This document shows positions 39,301 to 48,197 of a DNA stretch of 64,000 nt, in pieces. This DNA comes from Giardia intestinalis. Lineage: Eukaryota. The DNA is taken from NCBI GenBank assembly GCA_000002435.2, contig CM018789.1. The stretch is one strand, 5' to 3'. The first letter of the stretch is position 1; each line of letters opens with the position of its first letter. Below the pieces are notes generated by a model, which ran no database searches, was not told the origin of the DNA, and was given only the letters and a program-made list of their open reading frames with translations. Made by a program: the position numbers and the translations under genes.

Positions 39301-42300
39301 CGCATTATCTCCTAACGACCCTCATAGCCGAATGACAGCATTTGCAGAGATGAGACATAGCATCCTAAAGAGCTTGACCGCAAGTAGAACACAGAGCCCA
39401 GGGCAGACTATTTCCTCAACAGTAGTCGCGTCGAATAAGCCTGCTCAAAAGAATCAAGAGAGAGATGATCTGACGCTGCAAGAACTGCAGGTAAGTAGTG
39501 CTACAGGCGCAGAGTCAGGTGGATCGCAACTGAATACTTGTCAGTTGACCCTGGGATCATCCCGTTTAAGCAACCTCATCCTCAGCAAGCGCATTACTGA
39601 CTCTCAGTTTAATAGGATCAATCAGCCAGAGGCTCAAGCAAAGCAGTTTGCACCGTACCTGCCGCCAGAGGTCGATATTGTCCATCATATTGTAAGCCAT
39701 CATACAGACGCTAGTGGCCGTCTGCCGCTGATTTCTCGCTCTGGGGCACGAAACGCTGCAAAGAAGAAGCTTATGCCTCCGTTTTACGTTCTATCGTGCT
39801 CATGCGATAATGACGTCTATACTTGGGACGCGCGCATCATGAGCCGCCCGTACCATCACTACACCTTTTCCTTCGATGTGCTGAAGTACGCAAGGATCCT
39901 CAACCTATCTCAAATCACAGGGATTGTGTTGGACGCTGCCTCCATCCTTTTCCATAAGTACCTTGTAGACGGAGCCACCATGGCGACAAAGTCTGCATCC
40001 GTTGGTATATGCAGTGACCCTATACTTAACAGATCTGGCGATAAGCAGATTAGAAAGCTCCTTCTTTCAAGCAGTCGATTGTACAATGTAGAGGGTAGCG
40101 ATTCAGATGAGCGAATGATCGAGTTAAAAGAATCAAATAGGTTCTGCCAGCGTGCTCTTGAAATAGGAGCCAGTGATCAGGAAGGTCATGGAGCAGGGCT
40201 GTCTTCCAAATTAAAGGATATCTCAGACCGTGTAAAGCAAGAAAAACTCAAAAAGGAAGCCGAAACACGCCAAGAAGAACTATTTACGCGGCTTTCTAAT
40301 GGCCTTTCGGCAAATGGAAAGGGGTTCCAACTGTCCACCGCACAAAAAGGAGCCAACGGGGTTCGCTCGAGCAATTACACAAACTACCATGTGGATGATG
40401 CAGATATTAGGGTTCGTCTACTGAAGTTGGGAAAGTCAGGATTACTCGACAAAGAAGCAGTGAAGTCACTTATTAATCAAGTACCCACAGAGACGAAGAT
40501 CTACACGCAGAAGACCAAAGACATGTCATTTTTAAATTTTGATCGCTTCTACGTTCTCCACCCGGATGTACTAAACATGATATCTGGAGCTCCCGAAGAC
40601 AATGCAGCCGCAGAAGATAGCCACTTGGGCATATCTCCATATTATGTTGGAAAATTCAGCAAGGACAGTATCTATAACATCATTAGTCAAAGCGATGTGA
40701 TGCCCACAGAGCTCCTCTGTGATATCAGTAACAGCATCACAGTCGACAAACACGCTGACTCGCAATTGGCGGAAGCAGTTAACAAATCCGGCCTCAGCCT
40801 TGACACGATCCTCTCTGAAGACCGTACTCAGAGTCAGACCCAATTTAACAGGCAGGTGTACTTTGAAGTAAAGAAGCTTTCAGAGCTCCCTTCGGCCTTT
40901 CGCTTCTTGGCTGTTGAGCCGTGCAATTTCCTGATGATTGGACATGAAGACGGATCGCTCACTGCTATGGTCACGACTATAAAGCAATCCTTTCAGGGTA
41001 CACCCAGAAAAAACCAGCTAGCCAAGGAGGCAGCATCTGATAGCACCATTTTGAAGAGGGGTAATATACCTGCTACCAATAAAGCAGTTTCCCGGCAGAC
41101 GACCTTCTTTAGAGTATTAGCAGGTCACAGCGAGTGCGTCTCTTGCATGTGCTATATATTGACAGATCAGTGCTGTTATGTGTGTAGTGCAAGCATTGAT
41201 GGGTCTATTTTGTGTCTGATACACCCTCTCGTGGGAGATTTCAGGCTCCAGTACAGCGTCTGGTCTAAGTTTGTTTCGGATCTAGACAACGAAGCATTAC
41301 AAGGGTCGAAGGATGGCGCTGAGGAGGCCCAGGACCTTCTATCTGAAGCTCGAAGAAGCCCTGAGATCATCGAGTTTTTACAAGGGTCGGGCTCGTTTCT
41401 TATTGCTGGAACTAGTTTCGGAAATGTATATTTCATTACGTTTCCCCTGCAGTCACCGTTACGCACGGCTCTATTCTTCCAGACAAAACCTTTCATGCAG
41501 GCATATATTAACAGCGAAGGCGTTACCACGCCAGCGTCTACCCCTTCGGCTAGTATTAAGTTTCTGGATTATTGTTGTGATACGCTGACGATTGTACTTG
41601 AAAGCGGCCACATTTTACAGTTCGATCAAGTGTCTCTCTACTACAAACACTGGCTCTATTTCTCTAACACTGGAAAGCTGGCTATGGATCCATCCACTAC
41701 TTCTCACTACCTCTCACGGCTCACATATGATAGGTCTTCTCATGCGCTTGTTCTATCGACGGGCTCATCTCCACTCTGCAATCCCCGGGATGCGATAAAG
41801 GCGCCCCCTAACAGTCCCTACTTTTCAAGCTGCTTCGCCGCATTTCTCCAGCATTTTCCCTTCAAGATAATGCCTCAGAGAGTTTTCTCTGCGTATACTC
41901 AGACAACCAGAAAACCGGTGTCCGCGGACGAGGTACGTGAACTACGCCGTCGAGAGGTTGTAGACGAGTCTGAGGATAATAAGATTGTTGCCACATACGT
42001 CGTTTTCCCAATTGTGCTAGATACACTGGGAATAGGTGGGGGCTGCACTTTAAGCGCCTGTGACTCCCTGACTGACGTCGCGACAGAATCGACGGCTACC
42101 AACTCTAAGACCTACACATCAGTAAGAGAGGTAATACATGCATATGATCCATCCCACGACTTAACATACAAAAATCAGTCATCCGTTGGAAAGGTATTTT
42201 ATAGTAACGGGAAGATACTGGAGCGGCCGGTTAACAAGGCTCTGGACCAGGGGCAGAAGTACTATGACGAAAAGCTAAGGAAGTGGAGGTATATCCTTCC

Positions 42301-42931
42301 CGAAGATCGGAGCCCTGAGGAGCAGCCTCGTAGAAAGCCACCCTCTGTTTTATCAAGGCAATCAGAAGAGCGTGCTGTCAGCAGGAGTAAGTCGACTACG
42401 CCCATGCGTTATATTAATGCCTCCACTGCCGCCGTCAAAGTGAGCACCATTGTGCAACGCAGTGTGTCTCTCGGGACGTCTTCCAGGAACAAATCGTGCA
42501 ACAGAACGTCACAGATTACCTTGGGTACGAAGCCTTCAGAACTCAGTGCACCACAAAACCAGAAGACTAAGGATACAGGGAGCCAGTCACGTGGTAACAT
42601 CGTGTCGGAAGCGCTTGAGCCATCCGCCAGAAGGGTGGAGAAGCCAGATGGGGTGAGCGAGTCTGTTAGCAGAAGCATAATTTGCATCGGTTATGCTTCA
42701 GGACTTGTCCGGGTTTACGGCAGTACAGGCCGGATTCTAGACGAGTTTTCATATGATAATCCTGTGTCTTCTCTCAGAGCTATTCGAGATGATGATGTCG
42801 GAAGGCAACTACTTCTTTCGATGGAAGCTGAGATGCGTATAGCCGCAGCCTCCACGATCTGGATGGGATTTTCAGACGGGCGCCTTACGATGGAAAAGTG
42901 CAGTGCTCTACTGGACTATTCCATTCCCTAG
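36380..42931 (+). CDS. giant WD40-repeat protein, 2183 aa
   Basis: N-terminal WD repeats (LFSGGVDGLVKVWD, VAWDMRYEP) and further beta-propeller-like repeats near the C-terminus (LVRVYGSTGRILDEF). Long S/T-rich middle section. ATG verified. Confidence 0.6.
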   Translation: MELRYINSLFFRRFGSHAVTITSVSPANELGILFAGMSNGCLVAWDMRYEPSPLARVVVYNAHKGAIKALCWQPYYRLLFSGGVDGLVKVWDPSFTDFLDVSGMMADHSALAQIFSSEKSNPIIERYKYTVQPLITEEETVSPSTGSIKLTRLVQSLGDFTRPIIKISYIAHHIAVLSMDGYIVVYYPDPRRDLTILRYPLFIKVASIFLGHQQLDRVKNFSTLQLGYSLQEPIHKDSVLERYNFPVSDYAYKRAMSIKLQPASSSAPLTSGAPPQASLPQKEPARLLSASFETHDTLNLRDIVECGQLDNGRSLSVTKRGTNIDVNAPLDYSVNPLLTEPVIPLSLAVDTDNTTFYVGDSNGTVHSLSVLDGKVFYKSQIKYVSNNSILDCCFVPHESSLIATGADGTVRGLIAMTGKNYFGRAGPKGVVFTRVLHCPKRKLVEYEDLMSSRPESAQFVKQIRARMRQSGPSLSTIHETDELLIDVMTQTLEEQQLRTMLQKNRNQEMREQPIAETDLTALFTGSSSKKEITAKEAYHYESHAARSMKIDEGANSDLKKKDDNIILMDASGLLLIVESTTNITLFEAMYPEIGPVPAALMAKATELGVFLTTPVVTQPRRSLNYQFYAIAKMNLSLQEEYWILRGRFAKTMAKMDQRHKLESFMTESAIKKGPARASSESRPTNSLPRAQRRAKSKSSIESMDEKVSATKVSILNCYEDMQLIDMFLLKLPPDLNPRGEVVIGIVRPVCIDFFKPVYKHAGQSRGMGHSKPIQLLSLLPAPPLPFLDPTDETKNSAEMPITDKKINSLLEGRSQEFLSTTDGNPILQRSGAACADSKSAQGMRLSNERTTMEDIANTQTESVSITAQSYYKNHAIQELSNVSESKNVDVLSSIDEPVSEDYAQAQLQQNRLRYRNNSIRSRKISNTETDFVSAIINGDISVSHSGAETIRGAYSVQDIVKTQLDSIASISTKRALSPNDPHSRMTAFAEMRHSILKSLTASRTQSPGQTISSTVVASNKPAQKNQERDDLTLQELQVSSATGAESGGSQLNTCQLTLGSSRLSNLILSKRITDSQFNRINQPEAQAKQFAPYLPPEVDIVHHIVSHHTDASGRLPLISRSGARNAAKKKLMPPFYVLSCSCDNDVYTWDARIMSRPYHHYTFSFDVLKYARILNLSQITGIVLDAASILFHKYLVDGATMATKSASVGICSDPILNRSGDKQIRKLLLSSSRLYNVEGSDSDERMIELKESNRFCQRALEIGASDQEGHGAGLSSKLKDISDRVKQEKLKKEAETRQEELFTRLSNGLSANGKGFQLSTAQKGANGVRSSNYTNYHVDDADIRVRLLKLGKSGLLDKEAVKSLINQVPTETKIYTQKTKDMSFLNFDRFYVLHPDVLNMISGAPEDNAAAEDSHLGISPYYVGKFSKDSIYNIISQSDVMPTELLCDISNSITVDKHADSQLAEAVNKSGLSLDTILSEDRTQSQTQFNRQVYFEVKKLSELPSAFRFLAVEPCNFLMIGHEDGSLTAMVTTIKQSFQGTPRKNQLAKEAASDSTILKRGNIPATNKAVSRQTTFFRVLAGHSECVSCMCYILTDQCCYVCSASIDGSILCLIHPLVGDFRLQYSVWSKFVSDLDNEALQGSKDGAEEAQDLLSEARRSPEIIEFLQGSGSFLIAGTSFGNVYFITFPLQSPLRTALFFQTKPFMQAYINSEGVTTPASTPSASIKFLDYCCDTLTIVLESGHILQFDQVSLYYKHWLYFSNTGKLAMDPSTTSHYLSRLTYDRSSHALVLSTGSSPLCNPRDAIKAPPNSPYFSSCFAAFLQHFPFKIMPQRVFSAYTQTTRKPVSADEVRELRRREVVDESEDNKIVATYVVFPIVLDTLGIGGGCTLSACDSLTDVATESTATNSKTYTSVREVIHAYDPSHDLTYKNQSSVGKVFYSNGKILERPVNKALDQGQKYYDEKLRKWRYILPEDRSPEEQPRRKPPSVLSRQSEERAVSRSKSTTPMRYINASTAAVKVSTIVQRSVSLGTSSRNKSCNRTSQITLGTKPSELSAPQNQKTKDTGSQSRGNIVSEALEPSARRVEKPDGVSESVSRSIICIGYASGLVRVYGSTGRILDEFSYDNPVSSLRAIRDDDVGRQLLLSMEAEMRIAAASTIWMGFSDGRLTMEKCSALLDYSIP

Positions 42932-43002
42932 CGTTCACAGATTATACTGGGATCTAAAGTGAACGTAAGACATACATTGTGGTCAAGAGCCTCAGTGAAA
43001 AA

Positions 43003-44070
43003 ATGCCCTTTCCTGGTCTATTCCGTAATAGCAATTATCCCGGAGAATACGCCCATCTAGCGCAGGATGCGGAGGCTGTTCTCAACGACAAAGCATATGA
43101 TTCCTTCAACCTCGTCTCGCAGCACAATTTAACCCCTCACACTTCTTTGACTACTATGCTCACGACTTCCCACAGAGGCCCGCCGAAAATCACTGAATCT
43201 CTCAGCATCGCTAGGCCACGTGGCTCTTTCCGAGGGTCTGTTGATTCTCAGGGAACATTAAGTGGGTCCTACACGACGTCCATTTTGCCTGGGCCCCGGT
43301 ACCGTAACGCCGCGCGTCTACGCCTATTAGGTGATGTGCACTCCTTCAGTGCAGAGAAGTCAAAGAAGGTCATGGCAACCGGCCGTGCCGAGCTCCACGT
43401 CGAAGGAGGAGACTACTCGCTCTCCGGTCTCTATAGCCTCCCAGGACACATCATAGCGGGCTCATACTTACAGGGATTTGGAGACAGGATAGCTGTGGGG
43501 TGTGAGATTGTGCGGCCTCCGCAAACGGATCCCTCTGTCAAGCCGGGTACCTCACCTATTGCCATGGCGGCAGGGGGAATCCGTTACACTAATATCAGCC
43601 GTGAGCGTAGTTCCGATCCAGGGATAATAGCCACGGCCCAGGTGAACACGGAGAAGACCGCGAATGCTTCCCTGCTTGCCCAGCTCTCTGGAGAGCTTGC
43701 TGTCGCAGCTTCTGTCAACGCGGACTTCTGTGGCTTCAGGTCTCCAGAACAAAAAGATGTCACAAAAGATCGCTCGGCCCTGTCAGGCCTTCTCAATGGC
43801 TTGAAGAAGACGCGTCTATCTGCATCATGTGGATTTACTAAACTGTTAAAAAGCTCGCAGGTTACGGTGAACTGCAACACGTACGGAGAGGTGTGCTGCG
43901 ACGTGCGGCATGCAATGCAGGATGGCACGGTTGCGGAGGTCATCGGGAGTCTCGACATTTTCTCAGGCCGCACGACCGTTGGGGTGGGCCTTGTGTTGTC
44001 AGAGCAGGCGCTCCCTCGCTTTATTCACAAGGCGGTTCGGAAGGCCAACTCTTCGAGCAATCACAAGTAA
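43003..44070 (+). CDS. hypothetical protein, candidate mitosomal outer-membrane beta-barrel (Tom40/porin-3-like)
   Basis: The track start is GTG; the first ATG is at 43003. The N-terminus SNYPGEYAHLAQDAEAV resembles the Tom40 NPGxxExLH segment. The remainder alternates hydrophobic/polar residues as beta strands (LHVEGGDYSLSGLYSLPGHIIAGSYL, TTVGVGLVLSE). The assignment is tentative. Confidence 0.45.
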   Translation: MPFPGLFRNSNYPGEYAHLAQDAEAVLNDKAYDSFNLVSQHNLTPHTSLTTMLTTSHRGPPKITESLSIARPRGSFRGSVDSQGTLSGSYTTSILPGPRYRNAARLRLLGDVHSFSAEKSKKVMATGRAELHVEGGDYSLSGLYSLPGHIIAGSYLQGFGDRIAVGCEIVRPPQTDPSVKPGTSPIAMAAGGIRYTNISRERSSDPGIIATAQVNTEKTANASLLAQLSGELAVAASVNADFCGFRSPEQKDVTKDRSALSGLLNGLKKTRLSASCGFTKLLKSSQVTVNCNTYGEVCCDVRHAMQDGTVAEVIGSLDIFSGRTTVGVGLVLSEQALPRFIHKAVRKANSSSNHK

Positions 44071-44088
44071 AGCCAAAATTCCAAAAAC

Positions 44089-45285
44089 ATGGCAGAGCTT
44101 TTCGAACGGACCGCCCATTACCGCGACGACAAGAACTACGATCGTACTATCGAAGGGCGTCGCATCTTTGATGAAGAGCGGCGTAAGCGAATCTTCAACC
44201 CTTCACTTCGCACCATGGGGGTGGACGTCGACGCCTTGGACCTGCAAACCGCAGAGCGACGTGCGCGCGAGGCTGCGGAGCTTATGGAGCAAATAGATGC
44301 CGAAGAGCGTCTTCTCGCTGCCAATCGGTTCCTCACCCAGCGGGAGCGTGAGTTTCATCGCATGAGGCTGCTTCGCGACCGTCAAATTGCAGAGTTCAAC
44401 TTTGAGAACATCCGCCCAGAATACAGCAGGGAGTATGACATTCACCGCAAGGACGTTCTCAAAGTGGACAATCCCATACGGCAGGACACAGTAGCACTGG
44501 AGCCCAGCACCATGCTTCTCAACACCGACGGGACTGCTAAGATGGTTACGCGAACTATTCCAGACAGTAAGCTAGGCGTTTCCTCGGGACAAGTGTTCGA
44601 CGGAGAAGATCTCGAAAGAGCAGAGCGTGAACAGCTGATGCGCGACGAGATGCGCGCAGCACTAGAGCAGCAAATCTATCAGGCTAGAGCAAAGCGTGAG
44701 GCTGAAAAGCTGCAGGATCTTGAAGACCAGCTTCGAGAGCTGAAGATTTGTGATTACCTGAGCCAGGTTGAGCGCGACTTCCACGCCACCAGACGCCAAG
44801 AAAGGATCAATCTGAAACATGACCAGATGCGCCAGGCAGAGCTGGATGCCTACAAAAGAGCGGAGGAGAAGCGTCGGGACGATTGCGAGACCTTGCAGCA
44901 CCATGCAAACTTTGGTAGCTCCAAGCTCATGATGGAGATACCTTCTGCTGGTGTTCCCATGGAGTACAAGGGCTGGAGCGACGAGGATCGCGAGGAGCAC
45001 ATGCGACAGCTCGCTCAACAATGTTTGGATGATAAGAAGAAGCGCAGGGCCGAGCTGGAAGAGAAGATTCTTTGGGAGACTAAGCAATTGAACGTCAACA
45101 GAGACCTGACGCTGCGCGATAACGAGCTCAAGAAGGAGAAGAGGCGCATTGCTTACGAGCAAAGGGCACAGCTGGAGTACCTGTCTGAGGAAGAAAAAGC
45201 TCGAGAAATAGCAAGGATCCAGGAGCTGGGTAGAAACGAGATCACTGATGACTTCTTCAAGCACTTTCAAAAAACCTCCAGGTGA
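44089..45285 (+). CDS. highly charged (E/R/K/D-rich) coiled-coil protein, 398 aa
   Basis: ATG verified. Continuous charged heptad-like sequence (RAEREQLMRDEMRAALEQQIYQARAKREAEKLQDLEDQLRELK). Confidence 0.5.
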   Translation: MAELFERTAHYRDDKNYDRTIEGRRIFDEERRKRIFNPSLRTMGVDVDALDLQTAERRAREAAELMEQIDAEERLLAANRFLTQREREFHRMRLLRDRQIAEFNFENIRPEYSREYDIHRKDVLKVDNPIRQDTVALEPSTMLLNTDGTAKMVTRTIPDSKLGVSSGQVFDGEDLERAEREQLMRDEMRAALEQQIYQARAKREAEKLQDLEDQLRELKICDYLSQVERDFHATRRQERINLKHDQMRQAELDAYKRAEEKRRDDCETLQHHANFGSSKLMMEIPSAGVPMEYKGWSDEDREEHMRQLAQQCLDDKKKRRAELEEKILWETKQLNVNRDLTLRDNELKKEKRRIAYEQRAQLEYLSEEEKAREIARIQELGRNEITDDFFKHFQKTSR

Positions 45286-45306
45286 AGTAAACACGTTTGA
45301 CAGCGC

Positions 45307-45777
45307 ATGAAGGAGCCTGCGCTTCTTCTTCATTGTCGGAGGGCAGATCTAGAAGAGAGGTACAAACTGCTCGGGCTCCTGTACATCTGTATTGAGGAGG
45401 ACTATGGGAAGTTCTGGGGAAAGGAGAGAGCGTACAAATTCACGCACAGCACTATTCTCCACGAATGCATGGATAGAAACATTGCAACCACGTATGTCGC
45501 CGAGTCTTACAACGGGCTCCTCGCTTTTGCTGTCACGACCGCGGCGGAGATCCTTTACCTTGTTGTCCTCCCACAGTTCCGAGACAAGGGCATTGGCCGG
45601 CGCCTGTTGAGCTTCGTTGAGGGCACAATGCTCCTGACCACGCATCGCCTAGAGGCCCGGATAAACAAGCTCAACCGAAGCGGGCTGGAGCTATTTTTAT
45701 CAAACGGGTGGAAGATGGTCACTTATAAGGAGACAGATGAAGAAGTCACGCTAGCCCTTGAGCGACGTCACTTCTGA
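45307..45777 (+). CDS. GNAT-family N-acetyltransferase, 156 aa
   Basis: GNAT motif A FRDKGIGRRLLSFVE (R/QxxGxG/A) preceded by the beta-strand block AFAVTTAAEILYLVVLPQ. ATG verified. Confidence 0.6.
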   Translation: MKEPALLLHCRRADLEERYKLLGLLYICIEEDYGKFWGKERAYKFTHSTILHECMDRNIATTYVAESYNGLLAFAVTTAAEILYLVVLPQFRDKGIGRRLLSFVEGTMLLTTHRLEARINKLNRSGLELFLSNGWKMVTYKETDEEVTLALERRHF

Positions 45778-45807
45778 TTCATTTGCTGATTTGGACGGAA
45801 TAAATTT

Positions 45808-47232
45808 ATGATGGGCTCCTTGGGGGCTGCTGAGCACTACGAGAAAGCCTGTACTGCCTACTCGCAGCGCGTTAACGACATTGTCCAGCTACTGAAGCGT
45901 CTGGATACCCTTCATAGTGATGGTTCCGCGGCATTTGATTCTAATAACCGCGATAGATACTTGACCTTCTATCGTGCGCAGGACTCCTTACTAGAAGCTA
46001 TGATTACAGACATATCGCCGATTGAAGGCGTCCCCACCTATCTTAAGCGCTTGCTCAAGAGCCTTGCAGAGTTGGTGGGGGCTCTCCGACTTCTAAACGG
46101 CTGCTGCGTCAGAGATCTAGAAGGCATTTTCGCGTGGATCGATGAACATAGCTTTGAGAAGGCGCAAGAACAGAGGGACTTCTTCAAGATGCAAGCTGAG
46201 GCTGCAGGGAGAAAGCTCGAAGAGGCCACTGCTCTCAACACCTCTCTCACAAAGGAGATGGAACAGCTTGTGTGTCGCTATGAGGCGCAGGCTCGACAGA
46301 AAGAGAATCAGGCGAGCAAGATGCTTGACGAGTACAAGAAGCTGTTCAGAGACATCGCAGGCAAAGCTTCAAGGTACGTAAAATCTGAGGAGCATGCTCT
46401 GCTGGGCCAAGAGGCAGTCTCAGATCATGAACTTCTTTCGACACAGATACAGATAGGCAGTAGAGCAATTGACACTTTGGATCCTGGACTGCCGATAAAT
46501 GATGAACTACTTGAATTCACGAGTCACACCGCTTCCAACTTGGTTGATCTTCTATTACGTTTAGTAGAGGCAGAAGGCAGACGTCACCCCTTGTCGGAGT
46601 CGGCAGAAGCTGAGATGATCAAGTACAGCGGTCCGGAGTCAGTAAGACTTGATGCCCTGGAAGCGCAGCAAGCTGCATTGTACAGACAGATCAATAGGCA
46701 AGATGAACGATTGGAAAGGTTTGATGCACAGAACCATCCCGTTCCCATGTCGATGCTCGACGAGTTGGCTAGGGATGCTTCAGAGCTAAAGGGAAAGTCA
46801 GCTGAGCAGACACAACACATCGCTGAACTATTGGGTATTCAGTATGAGTCGATTATACCAGTTGGTTACAGTCGCGAGCGCCCTCAATCTTCTCACAATA
46901 ATCCCTCAGACTGTCTAAAGGAAATAGTGGACTCTCTTATGTTTTCAACAGCGTGCATATGTAACTTGCATGCAGTGGTTGGCTATGGGATTGATTCATA
47001 TGCGATTATAGACACAGTAAAGGCGGAGTCCGATAGGAAGCGAAGAGTGTCCAGAAAAAGGAAAAGGATGGCAGGGACTGTCAGTGCAAGAGACATGATA
47101 TCTTCTGCGCTTGATGCCTCTGATCTTGGAGCTAAGAGCAATGTTGCAACAACACAAGAGGTTCCGTTGGGCGACTTGACGCCTAGTGGACAGCGAACAT
47201 ATACGGTTCGGGCGCAGCTAATGCAACTGTGA
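45808..47232 (+). CDS. coiled-coil hypothetical protein, 474 aa; the inverted-repeat boundary falls inside it at 46064
   Basis: ATG verified. Predicted coiled-coil stretches. Its 3' 390 codons are duplicated in inverted orientation at 61216-62394. Confidence 0.55.
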   Translation: MMGSLGAAEHYEKACTAYSQRVNDIVQLLKRLDTLHSDGSAAFDSNNRDRYLTFYRAQDSLLEAMITDISPIEGVPTYLKRLLKSLAELVGALRLLNGCCVRDLEGIFAWIDEHSFEKAQEQRDFFKMQAEAAGRKLEEATALNTSLTKEMEQLVCRYEAQARQKENQASKMLDEYKKLFRDIAGKASRYVKSEEHALLGQEAVSDHELLSTQIQIGSRAIDTLDPGLPINDELLEFTSHTASNLVDLLLRLVEAEGRRHPLSESAEAEMIKYSGPESVRLDALEAQQAALYRQINRQDERLERFDAQNHPVPMSMLDELARDASELKGKSAEQTQHIAELLGIQYESIIPVGYSRERPQSSHNNPSDCLKEIVDSLMFSTACICNLHAVVGYGIDSYAIIDTVKAESDRKRRVSRKRKRMAGTVSARDMISSALDASDLGAKSNVATTQEVPLGDLTPSGQRTYTVRAQLMQL

Positions 47233-47294
47233 AATTCTTTGATGCATGGATGAGTGGGGACCAGGTATGTAGTTGACTGACGCTTTGCAAGTAG

Positions 47295-48197
47295 TCATAG
47301 AATATGCTCCAGTGCACGCGCAACGTAATATTTAATCAGCGAGATTATCGCATACGCTTGCCTGGCCATAAAGGCGAGCATGTGCTTGTCGGCTCGCCAC
47401 GCAATCAGAAATTCGAGCTTGCCATGCTCTACGTCCACTGTCCATGAGTGTATGGAGTGTAAAGGATGAAGCGCAAGTTTGTTGTGTGTTTCACGATCAT
47501 ATATATGTAGAGCCTTAGAATCTACCGCTAGAAAAACAGAGACAGGGTCGTTGGGAGAGAGATATGTAGCCTCAAAGAATTCCATCCTAGTGAGATCGAC
47601 GCTATCGATGAATTCTACGAAAAGTCTGTGAGTCTGCACTGTGGGATGTCCCCTGGCCTTGGCCCGAGAGAGAACCAGAACATCCCAATCTTTGGCTGTG
47701 CGCTTGCTTCGTATGCACGGATGGATGTAGCGTTCTATATTTTGTGCCACAACTCCCGGTGACAGTGGATCCTTGTCTAGTAAAAGACGCAAAGATGCAA
47801 ATTCAACGACATTATCTTCTGACGGGGGTATAGGCAGACGCATGTAGTCCTCGATACCCTGGGCCACGGCAAGAAAACTATAGGGAGAGTTTTCAGTGAC
47901 ACTTGGGTTTGTCGTGTGCTGGGGTAGCCTCCGAAGTAAGAAGGGAGAAAGCCCGTCTGGGATATTGACTTGTTGAAGGTATAGTTCCAGAGGACGGTCG
48001 CTGGTCTGAAGAATGCGCGCGCCTGTCTCTTCTCGGAGGAATAGAGATAGGTCTTGAGTATGGTCCTCCAGCCCCATTGCTTTGCATAGTGCTTTAATGG
48101 CCTCGATCGTTGTGGCTCCCAGAGTAAGGGAGACCTCTGTTTCTGCTCCTCCCGGAGCTTGTGCTCGTAAAGTGTGGGCAAAGCGTGCAAGATCCAT
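47295..48197 (-). CDS. hypothetical protein (~300 aa), copy 1 of 2 inside the inverted repeat
   Basis: The track start at 48209 is TTG; the first ATG is at 48197. The C-terminal half (VEFIDSVDLTRMEFFEATYL...LEFLIAWRADKHMLAFMARQAYAIISLIKYY) suggests a PH/PTB-like fold, but nothing is certain. Confidence 0.5.
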   Translation of the reverse strand: MDLARFAHTLRAQAPGGAETEVSLTLGATTIEAIKALCKAMGLEDHTQDLSLFLREETGARILQTSDRPLELYLQQVNIPDGLSPFLLRRLPQHTTNPSVTENSPYSFLAVAQGIEDYMRLPIPPSEDNVVEFASLRLLLDKDPLSPGVVAQNIERYIHPCIRSKRTAKDWDVLVLSRAKARGHPTVQTHRLFVEFIDSVDLTRMEFFEATYLSPNDPVSVFLAVDSKALHIYDRETHNKLALHPLHSIHSWTVDVEHGKLEFLIAWRADKHMLAFMARQAYAIISLIKYYVARALEHIL

